Assembly: GCA_964016885.1 (NCBI GenBank)
Contig: OZ024740.1
Coordinates: 322,462,001 to 322,526,000 of the forward strand
Direction: 5' to 3'
DNA length: 64,000 nucleotides
From: Eledone cirrhosa
Lineage: Eukaryota
Each line of letters begins with the position of its first letter. The stretch's first letter is position 1. A program made the translations under genes and the position numbers. Under the pieces are notes generated by a model, which did no database searches, was not told the origin of the DNA, and saw nothing but the letters and a program-made list of their open reading frames with translations. This document shows positions 1 to 13,643 of the stretch, one piece after another.

Positions 1-530
1 CTACCGATGCGCTGAACGGGTGTGACTTTTTAGTCCAACCAGCAACTTGAAAACTCTGGTACAAACACTACACTTGTGACAATTATTGACACATAGTGCT
101 GGGCCCATGGTACCATGTGATGACAAGTGCAGAGAGATCTCCAGATATAAAGCAATGCCTGTGCCGTGAAGCTTTTATAGTGATCAAAGCCAGTCCCACT
201 CTCTTAACCAAGATGATATTTACCAAAAAGAACAAGTCAACATCATTGGATACCATCAGGGTTGCAGGTGTTATATCAGAGTTTTCCTTCTCCTAGAATT
301 CTGCCTTGACAAAGGCTAAGGGGTCATCTCTCCCTGTGATTTTGGATGGCCATTGATTCTTAAGAGCTCCTTTGCCCTTTGACAGGTTTTGTCTTTAGTC
401 CTGCAGGATATCCAAAGTCACCCTCCTCACCAAGAAACCTTGGTGGGGTTTGCCAGTTTAGTCGCCAACGACTCGATCATGAGACAGGTTGTACTGGGAT
501 ACATGTTACCAGTAGCACCAACTGGTGACC
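1..530 (-). mobile_element. Internally deleted RTE-type non-LTR element (5' UTR joined to C-terminal C2H2 finger remnant); continues past the window start
   Basis: Minus strand starts GGTCACC at 530 next to AT-rich flank, carries an RTE 5'UTR-like motif (TCTAGGAGAAGGAAAACTCTGA, recalled from RTE families) and ends HKCSVCTRVFKLLVGLKSHTRSAHR-stop at 3..1 (C-x2-C-x3-F-x5-L-x2-H-x4-H). Confidence 0.55.
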
Positions 531-818
531 TATTATTGATATTATATATATATATATATATATAATATCAATAATATTAATAAATGGAAAATATTATAAA
601 ACCATATTTATTTTATTATACATATTTCAAGGGTAGCAATATCCTCATATGAACTTAATGTTATGAGTTCATTGTGGATAGTGAGTAAATATTCAAAACT
701 CAGGATAAATATGCTAATGAGGATAACGTTAAAACTGAAAAGTACCGTTAAGTTTAGATGCTAGATATATTTTAAATAATTATTCTAAATTGTTTTTTAA
801 AACAAATAACTCATTGTT

Positions 819-881
<63 letters not shown>

Positions 882-1327
882 AGGGTGTTCAATTTTTAGA
901 ATAGGTATACTGTATATCGGAGTGTCATAAAAAGGCATTTAAAAGTACTAGTATCAGAAGCCATGCTAGCATGGAAAATGGACGTTAAATGATGATGATG
1001 ACGATGATGATGATGAAGGGCAACCAACTGTAAAATGTCTGAAACCACCCTGTCTAACCATGCCAGCATAGAAAAGTGGATGCATAAATGATGATAATAT
1101 ATGTGATCTGGAGGTGTGTAGGATGGATATATATATAAATAATACCACTGGAATCCCCCAATTTTCTCTAGAATCCCTCCATCCCAACTCTTATTAATAA
1201 GTACAGTACCAGACAATATGATGATCTGATATTGTTAATCAATGTTGTCCCTATTTACCTGTTGATTGACTAACAAAGTAACTTACCTTGATAACACACC
1301 TTTTATCTTTCTCTTTTTTCCCTCTAG

Positions 1328-3369
<2,042 letters not shown>

Positions 3370-3650
3370 TAGAGGAGCTGTCCTGTTGTGAGACAAGCCA
3401 GGTCAGATCACCATGTTTTGTTCACACATAACTGGTTTTGGTTTCTACAGCTTGATGCCCTTTCTATTGCCAACCACATTAACAGTGCAGACTGGGCGTT
3501 TTTTGTTATGACACCTACACAACCACTTTACAGTGTAGACTGGGCACTTTTTGTCGTGACACCTACACGACCACTGAAACCAGTAAAAAAAAAATATTAT
3601 TTTAAGAACCTTTTAGTAAGTTATATTCCAAAAAGCATGTTCATATATAT

Positions 3651-3915
3651 CTTCTTCTTCACCGACTTGTTTCTGAGTGGGTCATGGGGGAAGAATCCCC
3701 AGACACTCCTTCCAGCAGTTCCTGTGAGAAGCAACTGTCTCCAGCTTATCCTGCTGGATCCCCAAGCGAGACCAGCCAAGTTCATGGATGTTATTCAACC
3801 ATCTTGTTCGGAGTCTACCCCTTGGTCTCTTGTCGATTGGTTTTGCCCGTAAAATCTGTAAAGTGATTCTTTCCTGAGACATTCTAACCACATACCCATA
3901 GTATCAGAGCATGTT
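3651..3915 (-). mobile_element. RTE 3' end fragment with (GAA)n tail
   Basis: RMSQERITLQILRAKPIDKRPRGRLRTRWLNNIHELGWSRLG (RxxGRPRxRW-type C-terminus), followed by GAAGAAGAAG. Confidence 0.75.
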
Positions 3916-4006
3916 GATATATCAATAACAAAAAAAGTTATAAACCTTATGAATTATCAAAGTGTAAGAAATGTCTGAAATTTGAAAATTTAATAAGCTA
4001 ATTACT

Positions 4007-4140
4007 ATAGACAACAGTTGAGAAAATTGGGTAAATTACCCTTAGAGATGGAAAAAAGTGGACAGAGCTGCCTGCAAGCCTCTGTCCACTTTTTTCCATC
4101 TCTAAGGGTAATTTTCCCAATTTTCTCAACTATTATCTAT
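4007..4140. repeat. 61-bp-arm inverted repeat with 12-nt loop
   Basis: 4007-4067 is the reverse complement of 4080-4140 with 3 mismatches. Confidence 0.92.
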
Positions 4141-4217
4141 TGTGACTGACTGCTATTACAGTTCTTTTCTCTGTTTGGGATTTTTACATTTTTAAATAAA
4201 AAAAGTTGTTTTATGGA

Positions 4218-4762
4218 ACCTATCTAAACTCTTCCTTCTTCTTCACCTATCTAAACTCTTCCTTCTTCTTCACCTATCTAAACTCTTCCTTCTTCTTGGG
4301 AAGGTCGTGGCTGCAGAATTCTCATACACTCCAGCCAGTGGGTCCTGTCAGAAGCAACTGTCTCCAATTGATCAGGCTGATCTCAATGTGAGACCAGCCA
4401 AGCTCATGGATGTTATCCAACCATCTTGCTCGGGGTCTACTGCTGGGTTTCCTGCTGGTTGGTTTTGCCTGCAAAATCTTCCCAGCAATACTTTCCTAAG
4501 ATATTCTAAACACATATCTGTAGTATCGGAGCTGTGATCTCTCAATTTGGAGATTCTATCTGAAGCAACTCTCTGATCTCCAAGCTAGACACTCTATTGG
4601 ATAACGTTACTCCAAAGACCCTTTGGAGGGACCCCATTTCGGTCTCTTATATTCATGATCTTATTTTTTTGGTCATTACCCAAGATTCATGTCCATAGGT
4701 AAGGGTTGGCACAAATACCGAATTGAAGATAACAAGTTTAGCTTTTATGCCTACCTCCCTTC
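4218..4762 (-). mobile_element. RTE 3' fragment, same family as 3651-3915, with 3 x 27-bp tandem at its tail
   Basis: 4298-4530 aligns to 3680-3910; ACCTATCTAAACTCTTCCTTCTTCTTC repeats at 4218, 4245 and 4272. Confidence 0.7.
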
Positions 4763-4878
4763 TGATTTAATTGAAGCACATGAGGAGTTAATTTTTGTTA
4801 GAAATATATTAACAAAAGGGTTAAAATAAGGATTGGTACTTCTACTTGTGTATTGAATCCTTCATCATGATACCTCAG

Positions 4879-4958
4879 ATCTTGACCAGCTAAATCACAT
4901 CTTGTCTGTACTTGGCTCACCCAGTGCTGAAGATCTTCAGTGTATTATCAATGAAAAG
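4879..4958 (+). CDS. MAPK1: ERK exon
   Basis: (Y)[26 protein letters not shown]; donor GTAAGA. Confidence 0.96.
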
Positions 4959-5066
4959 GTAAGAATTCCATTAATGACTAACAATCTTTAAGTAATCAAT
5001 TAAAATACCTGAGATGAATTGTTGTTAATCAGATTAAGAGTTTATATATAATTAACTTCATCTTTA

Positions 5067-5068
<2 letters not shown>

Positions 5069-5108
<40 letters not shown>

Positions 5109-5162
5109 GTATATATATGTGTATATATATATATGTATATATATGTATATATATGTATATGT

Positions 5163-5194
<32 letters not shown>

Positions 5195-5269
5195 GTATAT
5201 ATATGTATATATATGTATATGTATATATATGTATATATATATGTATATATATGTATATGTATATATATG

Positions 5270-5302
<33 letters not shown>

Positions 5303-5329
5303 GTATATATATATGTATATATATGTATG

Positions 5330-5414
<85 letters not shown>

Positions 5415-5710
5415 GTATATATATATGTATATATATATATGTATATATATATGTATATATATATATGTATATATATATGTATATATATATGTATATATAT
5501 GTATGTATATATATATGTATATATATGTATGTATATATATATGTATGTATATGTATATATATATATATATATGTATATATATGTATGTATATGTATATGT
5601 ATATGTATATATATATGTATATGTATATGTATGTATATGTATATATATGTATATATGTATATGTATATATATATGTATGTATATGTATATATATGTATAT
5701 ATGTATATGT

Positions 5711-5760
<50 letters not shown>

Positions 5761-5765
5761 GTATG

Positions 5766-5814
<49 letters not shown>

Positions 5815-5845
5815 GTATGTATATATATGTATATGTATATGTATG

Positions 5846-5901
<56 letters not shown>
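5069..5901. repeat. Compound (TG)n/(TA,TATG)n microsatellite
   Basis: Directly visible; source of the Y/I/H/T ORFs. Confidence 0.98.
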
Positions 5902-5986
5902 AAAAGTAATCGTAAAACAACAAAGCAAACAGTACAGTACAATGAAGAAATATATTAGTTTAACATTTAATATAGTAGGAAAAGAG

Positions 5987-6022
5987 TCTTAACGTTTCGG
6001 ACGCTAGTCCTTCATCAGAAGA
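5987..6022 (-). ncRNA. Minimal type I hammerhead ribozyme motif (Penelope-like)
   Basis: Minus strand TCTT-CTGATGA-A-GGAC(TAGC)GTCC-GAAAC-GTT-AAGA: intact core, 4-bp stem II, 4-bp stem I, palindromic AACGTT in place of stem III. Confidence 0.7.
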
Positions 6023-7239
6023 TAGAATGAGAAATAAAAAGAAATAGAAAGACAGGCGAGTGAGAAAAACAGAAAAAAATATTTTGGGAGAAAAAGCATA
6101 TGTGTTCCATCAGCCACTTTGGCGATAATCTTCCATTAGCTATATTCTTCACATTTATTTGTTGAAACACAAATAAAACTAATAAAATTGTCTTAAATTC
6201 TTTCTAAACGTTTGTATTTATTATTATATATATATATACACATACACACACACAATGTGTAGACACTCTACAGAAGAAAACAATAAATACACAAGGAAAA
6301 AAAATCATATTTTCCTGGACCGTGGTGGTTTCTAATGCATATTTGTATATGCAGTTGCAATTGTAACTGTACATTAACAGCAATTGCATAAGCAATTTGG
6401 ACTGGGTCCAAGTCGGCAATTTGTCCCACAATTTCTGCTTGAATTAGCCAGTTTGGGTTTTGTTTGGCTATTGTAGCAGGTAGTAGCAGTGCAATGTCAA
6501 ATGATCACACCAGAGGCTGGTCATTCTAGCTATTTCGAATTAGGATTGTACAGATATATATATGTGTGTTTGTATCAAATGTTTGATCTTTTGAATATCA
6601 TCAGACATTCTTGGCTATATATAGATTTGTGCTAGAAACCTTCATATCTAAACTCAGAGTAATAATAACCATATCTGATAGACCACTGGTTACATGTTCA
6701 AATCTAAAATGAAATTTACAGCTCACACCAATATGAGTTTAGCTGGTCTCCTATGAGGTTGTTTTTCATAGGTTTCTAGGTTGTTTTAATGATAAGGGTT
6801 CCAGTCCTGCCATGTTGTTGTTACAGCCCACACCAATGTGGGTTTAACTAGGTTTTAATGATAGGGAGTGAGTCCTATCATGAAAGGCAACATGAAATGA
6901 AGCTTGAGAATACAATGTGCCACTAGGTCCAAGAATCAAACCCATGACTCCATGACCACTAGTGAAGGGAAAACTCAATGATGATTTGAAATTGAAACCC
7001 TATATATAGTTTGTCACAGTAGATCATGGGTCTGCATGAGGAAACTTCCTCTCCATGGTGCAGGTCTAAGCAAAGTTATTTGCAGAAGACCAGCAGTGAT
7101 TCATTTAGAGCAAGTGCTAACATTAAGGACAACTAAATAGCTACAATGAATGCAGTCTTCAGAGAGATACATTACATATTTTTCATTTTGGATGTTGTAA
7201 GATGTTTCTAAATAATTTCTCTCCATTCTTTCCCTTCAG

Positions 7240-7318
7240 GCTCGTGGCTATATCCAAGCTCTTCCATATAAACCCAAAATTCCATGGTGCAGCTTGTTTC
7301 AGAAAGCTGATCAGAAAG
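7240..7318 (+). CDS. MAPK1: ERK exon (MAPK insert)
   Basis: ARGYIQALPYKPKIPWCSLFQKADQK + 1 nt; TTCAG acceptor, GTAAGT donor. Confidence 0.95.
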
Positions 7319-8307
7319 GTAAGTTGTTGGCAGAATTTAATGACATGTATATGATTAACACTTAACATCTTGTCTCATAAAATTACATGAGCAAGACAGT
7401 TTTTGAAAATTACAAAACAGTGCTATGACTGCATCACGTTTAACTCTGACACACCACATTAATAAGTCAGTCATGAAAAATACTAAATGACACCACCCTT
7501 GCAAGCAGGGAAAAGCAGACGTAAAATGATGATGATGATGACACAATGTCGGCATCACATTAAAGACTAAAATCTGTTCATTAATACTGTAAATTTTCAC
7601 ATCAATTTGTCAACTAGTAAAGATATAACCATTTGAATTAACAAACTACAAGAAACCACATTAGCAAAATATTCTTGAAAAGTACACAACAGTACTATGA
7701 CTGCACATTAAAAATTGTCTTTATTCTAATACTGCAAATTTTCACATCAATCTGTCTGGTAGTAAAGATACTATAAACATTTGAATTAATACCTCCCTCC
7801 CCCTTGTCCTTTTTTTACTTTTAGATATTTTCTGCTAAATCATTACAGCATGTTATATACTGCAAATTTTCAAAATGATCTGTCCACTAGTAAAGATACT
7901 ATAAACATTTAGTACAAAACAATACTGTAACTGCCTCACATTGAATATTGAAGTTTTTACAACAATCTGTCCTGTAGTAAAGATACTATAAACATTTGAA
8001 TTAACAAACCTGTTTTTAGATATTTTACAGGATATTATAAGTTAAAGAGAGGTGTCTCTATTTGTTTCTGTAGCAATTTTGATTACTGAAGTTAATGTTA
8101 TTAGCCTTATGCTCCAGCTTGCCTCCTTTCTCAGCATGGGCTGAATACCAGCCCAGAATGTTGAGGATGTGTATGTGGGTGGGAGGGCATTCCTTAACTC
8201 TTGATAGGAGTCCATTTCAGGTGCTGTCAGCCAGAGCTAGCTGAGCCTGAGACTTGTTTAAGGCAGTTAATTGTTCTTGTCGTTTTTTTTAATCATTATT
8301 ACTATAA

Positions 8308-9110
8308 GGGCGGTGGATTGGCAGTATCGGTAGAGGGTCGGACGCCATGCTTTGACGCATGAAGTTACGGCCCTTGCCATTCTGAGTTCAAATCCCGCCG
8401 AGGTTAACTTTGCCTTTCATCCTTACGGGGTCGATAAAATAAAGTACCAGTAATACACTGGGTAATTGCTGGCCTTGTGCCAAAAGTAGAAACAATTATT
8501 ACTATAAGGCTTTGCAGAACATTTATAATATTGGATAAAATGATTTGTGGTAATTAGTTACGACTTTCTGAGTTCAAATACCTATGAAGTCAACATTGCC
8601 TATCATCCTGTCAGGGTTGATAAAATAAAGTATCAGTTAAGTACTGGGGTTGATATAATCGACTTTCCCTAAATTGCCGGCCTTGAGCCAAAGTTAGGGC
8701 AGTGGAATGGCAGTATCGATAGAGCATCAGATACCATGCTTCGCAGCATAGTTTCGGCTCTTTACATTCTGATTTCAAATCCCTCTGAAGTCAACTTTGC
8801 CTTTCATCCTGCCTGGGTTGATAAAATAAAGTATCAGTAACACACTGAGGTCGATATAATTGACTTTCCCCAAATTGCCTGCCTTAAGCCAAAGTTAGAA
8901 ACCATTATTATTATTGGTGGATTGGCAGTATCGGTAGAGGGTCGGACGCCATGATTTGACATAGTTACGGCCCTTGCCATTCTGAGTTCAAATCCCACCG
9001 AGGTTAACTTTGCCTTTCATCCTTACGGGGTCAATAAATTAAAGTACCAGTATTCACTGGGATAATTGCTGGCCTTATGCCAAAAGTAGAAACAATTATT
9101 ATTATTACTA
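8308..9110 (+). mobile_element. Tandem cluster of 4 tRNA-derived SINEs (family A, Meta-domain-like body)
   Basis: Repeated head TGGCAG..TAGAG / GAGTTCAAATCC, body ACTTTGCCTTTCATCC..GGTCGATAAAATAAAGTACCAG, tail GCCTTGTGCCAAAAGTAGAAAC(ATT)n. Meta-domain assignment is from memory. Confidence 0.85.
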
Positions 9111-9160
9111 TTATTTATTGTATTGTTATTAGTTATTATTTTCGTTTGTGATATTTTCAG

Positions 9161-9270
9161 CTTTAGACCTTCTTGATAAAATGTTAACATTTAACCCCAA
9201 CAACCGTATAACGGTGGAAATGGCCCTAGCCCATCCTTACTTGGAACAATACTATGACCCAGATGATGAG
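9161..9270 (+). CDS. MAPK1: ERK exon (subdomain XI, CD docking domain)
   Basis: (A)[36 protein letters not shown]; donor GTAAGT. Confidence 0.97.
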
Positions 9271-9567
9271 GTAAGTCTGTCTGTTTACAACAGATAAACA
9301 TTTATTAATATATAATACATCATAGATATATAAATCAAACAGCTTTACTGTAACTTTCAGGAGACAATGAAATATTTTAATTTTATTATTTCAACAATTT
9401 AAAGTCACTTTAAACATGTTTTCGCCTCCTTGCGGGGTTGATAAAATAAAGCACCAGTAATGCACTGGGGTCAATTTAATCGACTTTCTCTTCTCCCCAA
9501 AATTGTTGGCTTTGTGCCTAAATCAGAAGCCATTATTAATGCACTGGGTAGAAAACAAAGTAGAAAC

Positions 9568-9609
<42 letters not shown>

Positions 9610-10190
9610 AATGGTTTTCTGAAAAATAACAGTTAAATAAGGTGCTCAATACATTAAGCAGAGAAGATACATGGTTTATTCCAGATAGAAATAATTTCTA
9701 CAGGATTAGAACTGTTTCATTTATTTGAGATCATCAGTAGATAATTTTGGTCAAATTTGGTATTTATATATCTCGAGGGAAGGAAGAGAAGGAGATTATA
9801 TATAGGAAAGAGGAGCTTTTAACCTGTGGTGGAGTTGTAGAAGGGCATCGTGCCCAAGGAAGGTGTTCTTTGAGAGAGAATGGCTGAAACAGTGGATATC
9901 ACTGACTGTTCTCCACATTAATGCTTTCATCATCTTGTCTGCAGGACATAACTGAGATATACTATTCAGCCAAAGGTGAAGAGTTTGTCATGTGAGGTGG
10001 CATGGCTAATTCAGTGGATATCACAGTTTGTTCTTTGCAACTATGCTTTCTCTATCTTGACTGTGGGGTGTAGCTGGGATATTTTGTCCAGCCAAGTGTG
10101 TAGAATTTGCCTCCTCACCATTTCACCTGCTTTTTTTTTCTTTGTCTTGTATGTTTTGTTTAAATACAACCTAATATATTTTATATTTAA

Positions 10191-10381
10191 CCCTTTATCA
10201 TTTACATTACTCTATATTTACTATTATATTATTTTCATGGTAAAGGTTTTACCTCACATAATATCAAATCTATGAGATTTTGAATAATGGTTAGAATAAT
10301 ACCTTAACATCAGTATAAGTGTTTAAACAGAAAGTGATGAGAGAATTCTGGTGAGATATGGCTGGTTTAAATGCTAAAGGG
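10191..10381. mobile_element. piggyBac-type TTAA MITE, family 1
   Basis: TTAA-CCCTTTATCATTTA ... TAAATGCTAAAGGG-TTAG; homologous to 18307-18534 and 62153-62349. Confidence 0.8.
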
Positions 10382-10450
10382 TTAGAAAACAAAAGTTATG
10401 ATGTATGTTTTATTACTCTCAGCTATTCATGTATCTTTTATTACTTGCAG

Positions 10451-10580
10451 CCCGTTACTGAAAAACCCTTCACATTTGAAACAGAGTTGGATGATTTACC
10501 TAAAGAAAAATTGAAATGGTTAATCTTTGATGAAACTGTGCGATTGAAGCAACTGACTGAGAATGGAGAGTATGATCCTG
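10451..10580 (+). CDS. MAPK1: ERK C-terminal exon (reads through to a stop at 10612 if unspliced)
   Basis: TTGCAG acceptor; [43 protein letters not shown] + G; donor GTAATG. Confidence 0.93.
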
Positions 10581-11147
10581 GTAATGTGGGATTAAAACGT
10601 CCCTCTTTTTGATTTATTTTTTTTAATTTAAAACCTAGTTGGATCACCTAGATATTATAGTTTCTGTTATCACTAAATCTAAATAAATCTCTATTTTATC
10701 ATACTTTCAATTATAGAATTAAGACCCCTGGGCATATGTTTTAGTTAGGTATCTTAACCCTTTCTAATGTGATTCACAGTTAATTTTGAAAATAATCAAA
10801 AATTTGTAAGGATCTAGTAATATAACTTTCTCATTATTTATCTAGTGTTTGGAGTATAACTTAACGAATTTTCTTACATAAAGTTATAATGGCATGATTT
10901 TTTCTGGTTGGATGCTCTTCCTGTGACCAGCCACTTTACAGAGTGGACTGTGCATTTTATCATGCTGTTATCATTAGAAAGGCTATCTGTCAACACTAAA
11001 GTATCCTCGCTACACTATTAGTTTTTATTTAGAGTCACTGTTCTCCTAGACAGGTTGCCTTCACTACAACTTACAGAGCCCATGCCATTTCAGTGCTAGA
11101 GTTACTACTCTACTAGATATATTACCTTTGCTGCATTATATAGCATA

Positions 11148-11719
11148 CTAGCAGTAAAGCCCGGCGTTGCTCGGGGTCGCTCAGTAGCTGTGTTAAAGTT
11201 ACAATGTTAAGTTTCTTTTTTGGCTTAAAAACTGTAGTGTCTACTGTGCAGACTTGCATGTGGTGTTTTTGATTAATATTCCCTCAACCAACAATATGCC
11301 TTATGAAGTTAAGAAAACATAACGATAACCCGAATGTTATAACAAAAGAGGATGCTGGGGATAAAAACTGCACTGGTTATTTATTAACAAAGATCGAAAA
11401 TGTAAACACTGCAACGCAGAGAAAAACATTAGCGTAACCAAATTATCAGTTATGTCTGTCTGCACGCCTATATCACCTCTCTGCACGACGCTACGCTGAA
11501 TGTAAACAGAACAAAAGGAAATAACTGATCACTTACGCTCAAAAATCGATACATTATATTCGATTTCGTCAGATAGGGCGGGTCAATTTGAAATATTTTT
11601 TTTCCGATGTCTTCGCTAGGGCTCGATGTACAAGTATAGCAATTTCGGTGCAATTCTAAGAGGAGATGTGTGCCAAAAATCGATAGACAGACAGACAACC
11701 TCAGTTTTATATATATAGA
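11148..11719 (-). mobile_element. Non-autonomous Helitron (572 bp)
   Basis: Minus strand A|TCTATATATATAAAAC ... (CTGT)n ... CCCGAGCAACGCCGGG hairpin ... CTAG|T; no TSD. Confidence 0.88.
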
Positions 11720-12181
11720 TGATTATTATTTCCATATAATAAAAGAAAAATTGAAGACATGTGACCTAGTGATGAGGGCATTGGACTCATGGTCATAAGG
11801 TTGTAAGTTCAATTTTTTAAATCAAGCAGCAAATTGTGTTTTTGAGAAAGAAGCTTCATTTTACATTGATTTTCATGTTATGACTGGGGTCCCTATTATT
11901 AAAACAAATAAGAAACCTACAGAGATACAACCTTGTGGGAAGCCAGCTAAACCAACATAAGTGTGAACTGTAACAACAACAAACATGTATGTGTGTGTGT
12001 GTGTGATAGGGATAGGATACCTATCTTTAAAACAGTTAAGGAACCTCCTATGAAAAGCAATCTTGTAAGAGGCCAGCTAAACTTACATAGGTGTCAGCTG
12101 TTTTACCGATATAATTTACATAATGATTATTTTTTGTTCATTAATCTTTAATTATATATTTATTTCTTTTTCTTTTGTCAG

Positions 12182-12189
12182 ATCCTTGA
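12182..12189 (+). CDS. MAPK1: Putative ERK terminal exon, coding part (D-P-stop), followed by 3' UTR
   Basis: Strong acceptor TTTCTTTTTCTTTTGTCAG; phase 1 join gives G|AT CCT TGA. Confidence 0.6.
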
Positions 12190-12521
12190 TGAATGAAGTC
12201 AAATGTTGTGGTTATTGAGTTGCTGGCTCTAAAAACTGGGAGATCTACATCTATATTTAGCTGTCATGGGGCCACTATCTTGCTGTTGCTACTGTTACTA
12301 TCACTACAACCTAACTAGTACCACTACTACCACCACCACTACCACACTACTACATTACTACTACCACCACTACCTACCATCACAACTACTATTACTACTA
12401 CTACTGAAGCTATATCCACTGCTGACGGACTGTCTTCTATTTCAATCTGCTGTTGCCACTTGCTGATATCAAAAACAGATTTACTCTTCATTTGCATCAT
12501 CTTCATCTGCTATCTACTGCA

Positions 12522-12689
12522 ACTGATCAGACTCTAACAGCTCACTGTGACTGATCAGATGCTAACAGCTATCTGCAAATGACTAGATGCTAACAGCTTG
12601 CTGCAAATGGTCAGATTCTAGCAGCCTGCTACGACTGATCACATGCTAAAAGCTCACAGCAACTGAACAGGTGACAACAGCTCACTCCA
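12522..12689 (+). repeat. Diverged 6 x 28-bp tandem repeat
   Basis: Consensus approximately ACTGATCAGATGCTAACAGCTCACTGCA, period 28. Confidence 0.85.
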
Positions 12690-12839
12690 ACTTAAATGAT
12701 GACAACATCCACAAGATTTCATTCAAGTATACATGTATCATTGAGAAGAATATACATTTATATACACTTGAAAACTACTGAAGCAGAACCAACATGCTGT
12801 GTATTTATGTGTATATACATTTGTATGTATGTATATATG

Positions 12840-12907
<68 letters not shown>

Positions 12908-12944
12908 CTGGGTGAACCTGCAGTAACTCCAAGTTACACTCCCT

Positions 12945-12990
<46 letters not shown>

Positions 12991-13175
12991 GTGTGTGTGT
13001 GTGTGTAGGTGTGTGTGCACATATCAGAATATATGTGTGCATGTGTGTGATATATATATATGTGTATATATATATATATTTATATATATATATATATGTG
13101 TGTGTGTATGTATATATATATGTATATATAATGTGAGTGCTCTACTACTGCAGATATAACCTACCAATGTTCTAC

Positions 13176-13213
<38 letters not shown>

Positions 13214-13318
13214 ACTTTTAATGATATCAGAGTGAGTTATAACAATAATTACATACATGTGTATGGTAATCAGCAGACCATTAATAGTCCACAGTCATGA
13301 TATATGGGTGGGTGTGAG

Positions 13319-13363
<45 letters not shown>

Positions 13364-13586
13364 CATATGTATATATATAATACATGCACATACTACCATA
13401 TATACATATACAGTTTCTTTTTGTTTTTTTATTTCATTTCATTTTTCTCTCTTTACATGTATTTTCTCATTACCAGGCATAGTTCTAACGTACACGCACA
13501 TAAATACACATGCACAGACATACACACTCACATACATACACAAGCATACGCCATTAGCAGTAATACTAACTACTACAGTTTTGATA

Positions 13587-13592
13587 AATAAA
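13587..13592 (+). terminator. Candidate proximal ERK polyadenylation signal
   Basis: First AATAAA seen after the stop at 12189; T-rich tract follows at ~13618-13627. Confidence 0.4.
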
Positions 13593-13643
13593 GCATTCCT
13601 TAATATTATAATAATAATTTTTTTTTTGCCCTGCTCAATATGA

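Noticed and set aside
9705-9740. Further hammerhead-like motifs (also 53997-54028 on +)
   Set aside because: Core partly present but stems I/II do not pair or the core is mutated (CUGGUGA); at most decayed remnants.
10358-10450. N-terminal part of ORF 10358-10612
   Set aside because: Intron and MITE sequence upstream of the real acceptor at 10450.
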